Source of the DNA: Camelus ferus
Lineage: Eukaryota
Assembly (NCBI RefSeq): GCF_009834535.1
Contig: NC_045697.1
Span: 38,876,001-38,940,000, forward strand
DNA length: 64,000 nucleotides
Reading direction: 5' to 3'
The position numbers and the translations under genes are program-made. Below are positions 61,899 through 64,000 of the stretch, piece after piece. The notes beneath the pieces were generated by a model, which saw only the letters and a list, made by a program, of their open reading frames with translations, was not told where the DNA came from and ran no database searches. How positions within the stretch are numbered: position 1 is the first letter of the stretch; each line of letters starts with the position of its first letter.

Positions 61899-62308
61899 AT
61901 GTATTCAGTATCTGTCCCTACATATGGTTCAACAACAGAAACAGAACCAGAAGGAGATGTATTTCAAGGAATCAGCTTTCATAATTGCGGAGGCTGGTTA
62001 GGTGAGTCTGCAGTCTACAGGGTGGCCATCAGGAAAGACAGGAGGGAACTTGCAGGCACGAGCTGAAGCCGCTGTCCACAAGTACATCTTCTTCTTCATC
62101 AAGGAACCTCAGCTCTGCTCATAAGGCCTTTCAGCTGGTTGAATCAGGCCCCCCTGAACCTAGGATAATTTCCCTTACTTAAAGTCAACTGATTAGAGAC
62201 TTTATTGACATCTGCAAAGTATCTTCACAGCAACCCCCAAATGAGCATTTGATTGAATAACTGGGGACTGTAGCCTAGCCAAGCTGAGCCATAAAACCTA
62301 CCATCACT
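61899..62308. mobile_element. MLT2-type ERVL LTR within L2 remnants
   Basis: agaaacagaacca...ccttacttaaagtcaactgatt...tttgattgaataactgggg...cataaaacctaccatcac. Confidence 0.7.
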
Positions 62309-62497
62309 TATTCAACCTCAGCTCTCTCCTCCGCAGCCCCTCCCTTGATTCAGACCACCATCACTTCTACCCTGAATTACTGCTTTAGCCTCCTCACCTG
62401 TTTCCCTGTTTCTTCTCTTGTCTTCCCTGCCCCTCCCCACAACTGTTCTCAACAGAGCAGCTAGAGTGATCATTACCCCATGGCTCAAAGCCCTCAT

Positions 62498-63035
62498 TGT
62501 GGGTGGAATCAAGGTTTCCCAAAGATGTCATGTCCTAATCCCCAGAACCTGTGAATATGTTATCTCACAAGGCAATGAGGATGTGCTTAGGGCATGGACC
62601 TTGGGTTAGAGAGAGGACTCTGGATTACCAGGTGGGCCCTGTCTAATCACAGGAGTTCTTAAAAGTGGAAGAGGGAGGCAGAAGAGTGAAATCAGAGAGA
62701 TCTGCAGTGAGATGGACTTGGCCCTCTACTGCTGGCTTTGAAAGTGGAGGAAGGGGCCGCAGCCCACAGTAGAAAAAAAAGAAAGAACGGGGGGGGGAAA
62801 GTCCTCAGTCCTACATCTGCATGGAACTGAATTCTGCCAACAAACCAAACGAGCAAGAAAAAGGATTCTCCCCTAGAGCTTCCAGTGAAAAATGCTGCCC
62901 AGCCATCAGCTAGATTTCAGCCTGGCAAGACCTGTGTCGGAGTTCTGATCGATAGAACTGTAAGGTACAAATTTGTGTTGCTTAAGCCACTCGGTTTGCG
63001 GTAATTTGTTACCACAGCAATAGAAAACAAATACA
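62498..63035 (+). mobile_element. MLT1D-like MaLR LTR
   Basis: gtcctaatccccagaacctgtgaatatgtta ... gtaatttgttaccacagcaatagaaaacaaataca. Confidence 0.8.
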
Positions 63036-63147
63036 GGCCTCGGTGACTTCCGAGTAAAAGCCAAACTCCACAGACTCCCCACCGCCCCTCCTCTCTGGCG
63101 TCATTTCCTCCTCCTCTCTGTCACCCCTTCACCCCCTCCATCAACTC

Positions 63148-63350
63148 CAGGGCCTGGACTGGAGTGAAGTTTGTGAGGCACTAGCCTTGAGATGCCAAAA
63201 CCCTCAGTAATCAAGAGAAATAATGTTTTTAATGTAATATCAAAAGTAATGCAAAAAAAATCCATGATACACAAAATATAAATATTTGGAAGAAAGACAG
63301 GATCCACCCCTGCATTTGCACACCTCGCCTCCCCCTAGTCCCCAGCCCTG
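63148..63350. mobile_element. MER96-like hAT DNA transposon
   Basis: Imperfect TIRs cagggc...gactggag / ctagtccccagccctg; internal ctcagtaatcaaga...aaatccatgat. Confidence 0.55.
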
Positions 63351-63605
63351 ATCCTTATTGCTCTCAAACTTCCAGCTCTCTCCATCAGCAGCACTTTTCC
63401 ATTTGCTTTTGTCCCACATATCTGCAAAGCTCCCTCCTGCACCTGCTTTGGCCTTTGCTCAAATATTAGCTTCATAATAAGGCTTCCCTGAGACTTTATT
63501 TAAAATCGTGGCGCCCCTCACCAGCTCCCTCTGACCCCTCCATTGCTTTCTATTTCCCCTAAAGCATATTACACACCTAACATTCTATTTTATTTTTTTT
63601 ACTAT

Positions 63606-64000
63606 TGTAAGGGAGGTAAAATTTCTCCTCTACCCTCTTAGGGTTTCCACCTGGGACTGTCTTAAGAGATTAACAGGAGAAAAACATAAAACTTTTATTG
63701 TAATAAAATTTGACATTTTATATGGGAGTCCTCACAGGAAAATGAAGCCCCAAAGAAATGTGTAGGCCTAAGTGCTTATAGACTGAGTTTAACAAAGAGT
63801 GACAGTTGTGGAAAGGCAACTAAAATATATGGAAAAGTAACTAAAATGTAAGAAAGATAAGAGTTAGTTTAACAAGGTCTGTCTGTATTGGTGTCTCTCA
63901 GCCGGGACTCTCCGTCTCTTTTCCTCCTGGTATAAGGAGGGTGTCTTTCACTTGGGAGATTCATCCTCTGTTTTCAGGAAGAAAAAGGGAGGTCAGAGTG
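63606..64000. mobile_element. ERV1-class LTR (MER39/MER34-like), cut by the window end
   Basis: Starts tgtaagggaggtaaaatttctcctctaccc; contains agattaacaggagaaaaacata motif. Confidence 0.55.

Noticed and set aside
1..64000. Prokaryote-type systems (CRISPR arrays, operons), NUMTs or processed pseudogenes
   Set aside because: I saw no regularly spaced repeats, no long coding-dense regions and no recognisable mitochondrial or mRNA-derived segments.

Overview
Mammalian (eutherian) genomic DNA, probably camelid: it has tRNA-Ala-like SINEs of the Vic-1 type and I recognised no Alu, B1/B2, Bov-tA/BovB, PRE-1 or Can-SINE. The one gene I can support is HOPX (homeodomain-only protein, 73 aa) on the minus strand. 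Its coding exons are 22005-21862 and 15796-15719, separated by a 6065-bp phase-0 GT-AG intron. The 3' UTR is about 0.7 kb with AATAAA at 15018-15023, and a CpG island lies at about 21.3-22.6 kb. There are candidate untranslated first exons near 22.2 kb and 41.55 kb. The rest is intronic or intergenic and dense in L1, L2, MIR, MaLR/ERV LTRs, hAT/Tigger DNA transposons and microsatellites. Repeat subfamily names are from memory, and repeat boundaries are approximate unless fixed by a target-site duplication (TSD). I found no convincing undescribed biological system. The best leads are: an apparent orthologue of the human HOPX alternative exon with an open frame but a frame-shifting first acceptor; an exact 37-bp non-tandem duplication carrying NKX and RBPJ motifs just upstream of the CpG island; a compact distal promoter candidate; and two L1s stacked at one target site.
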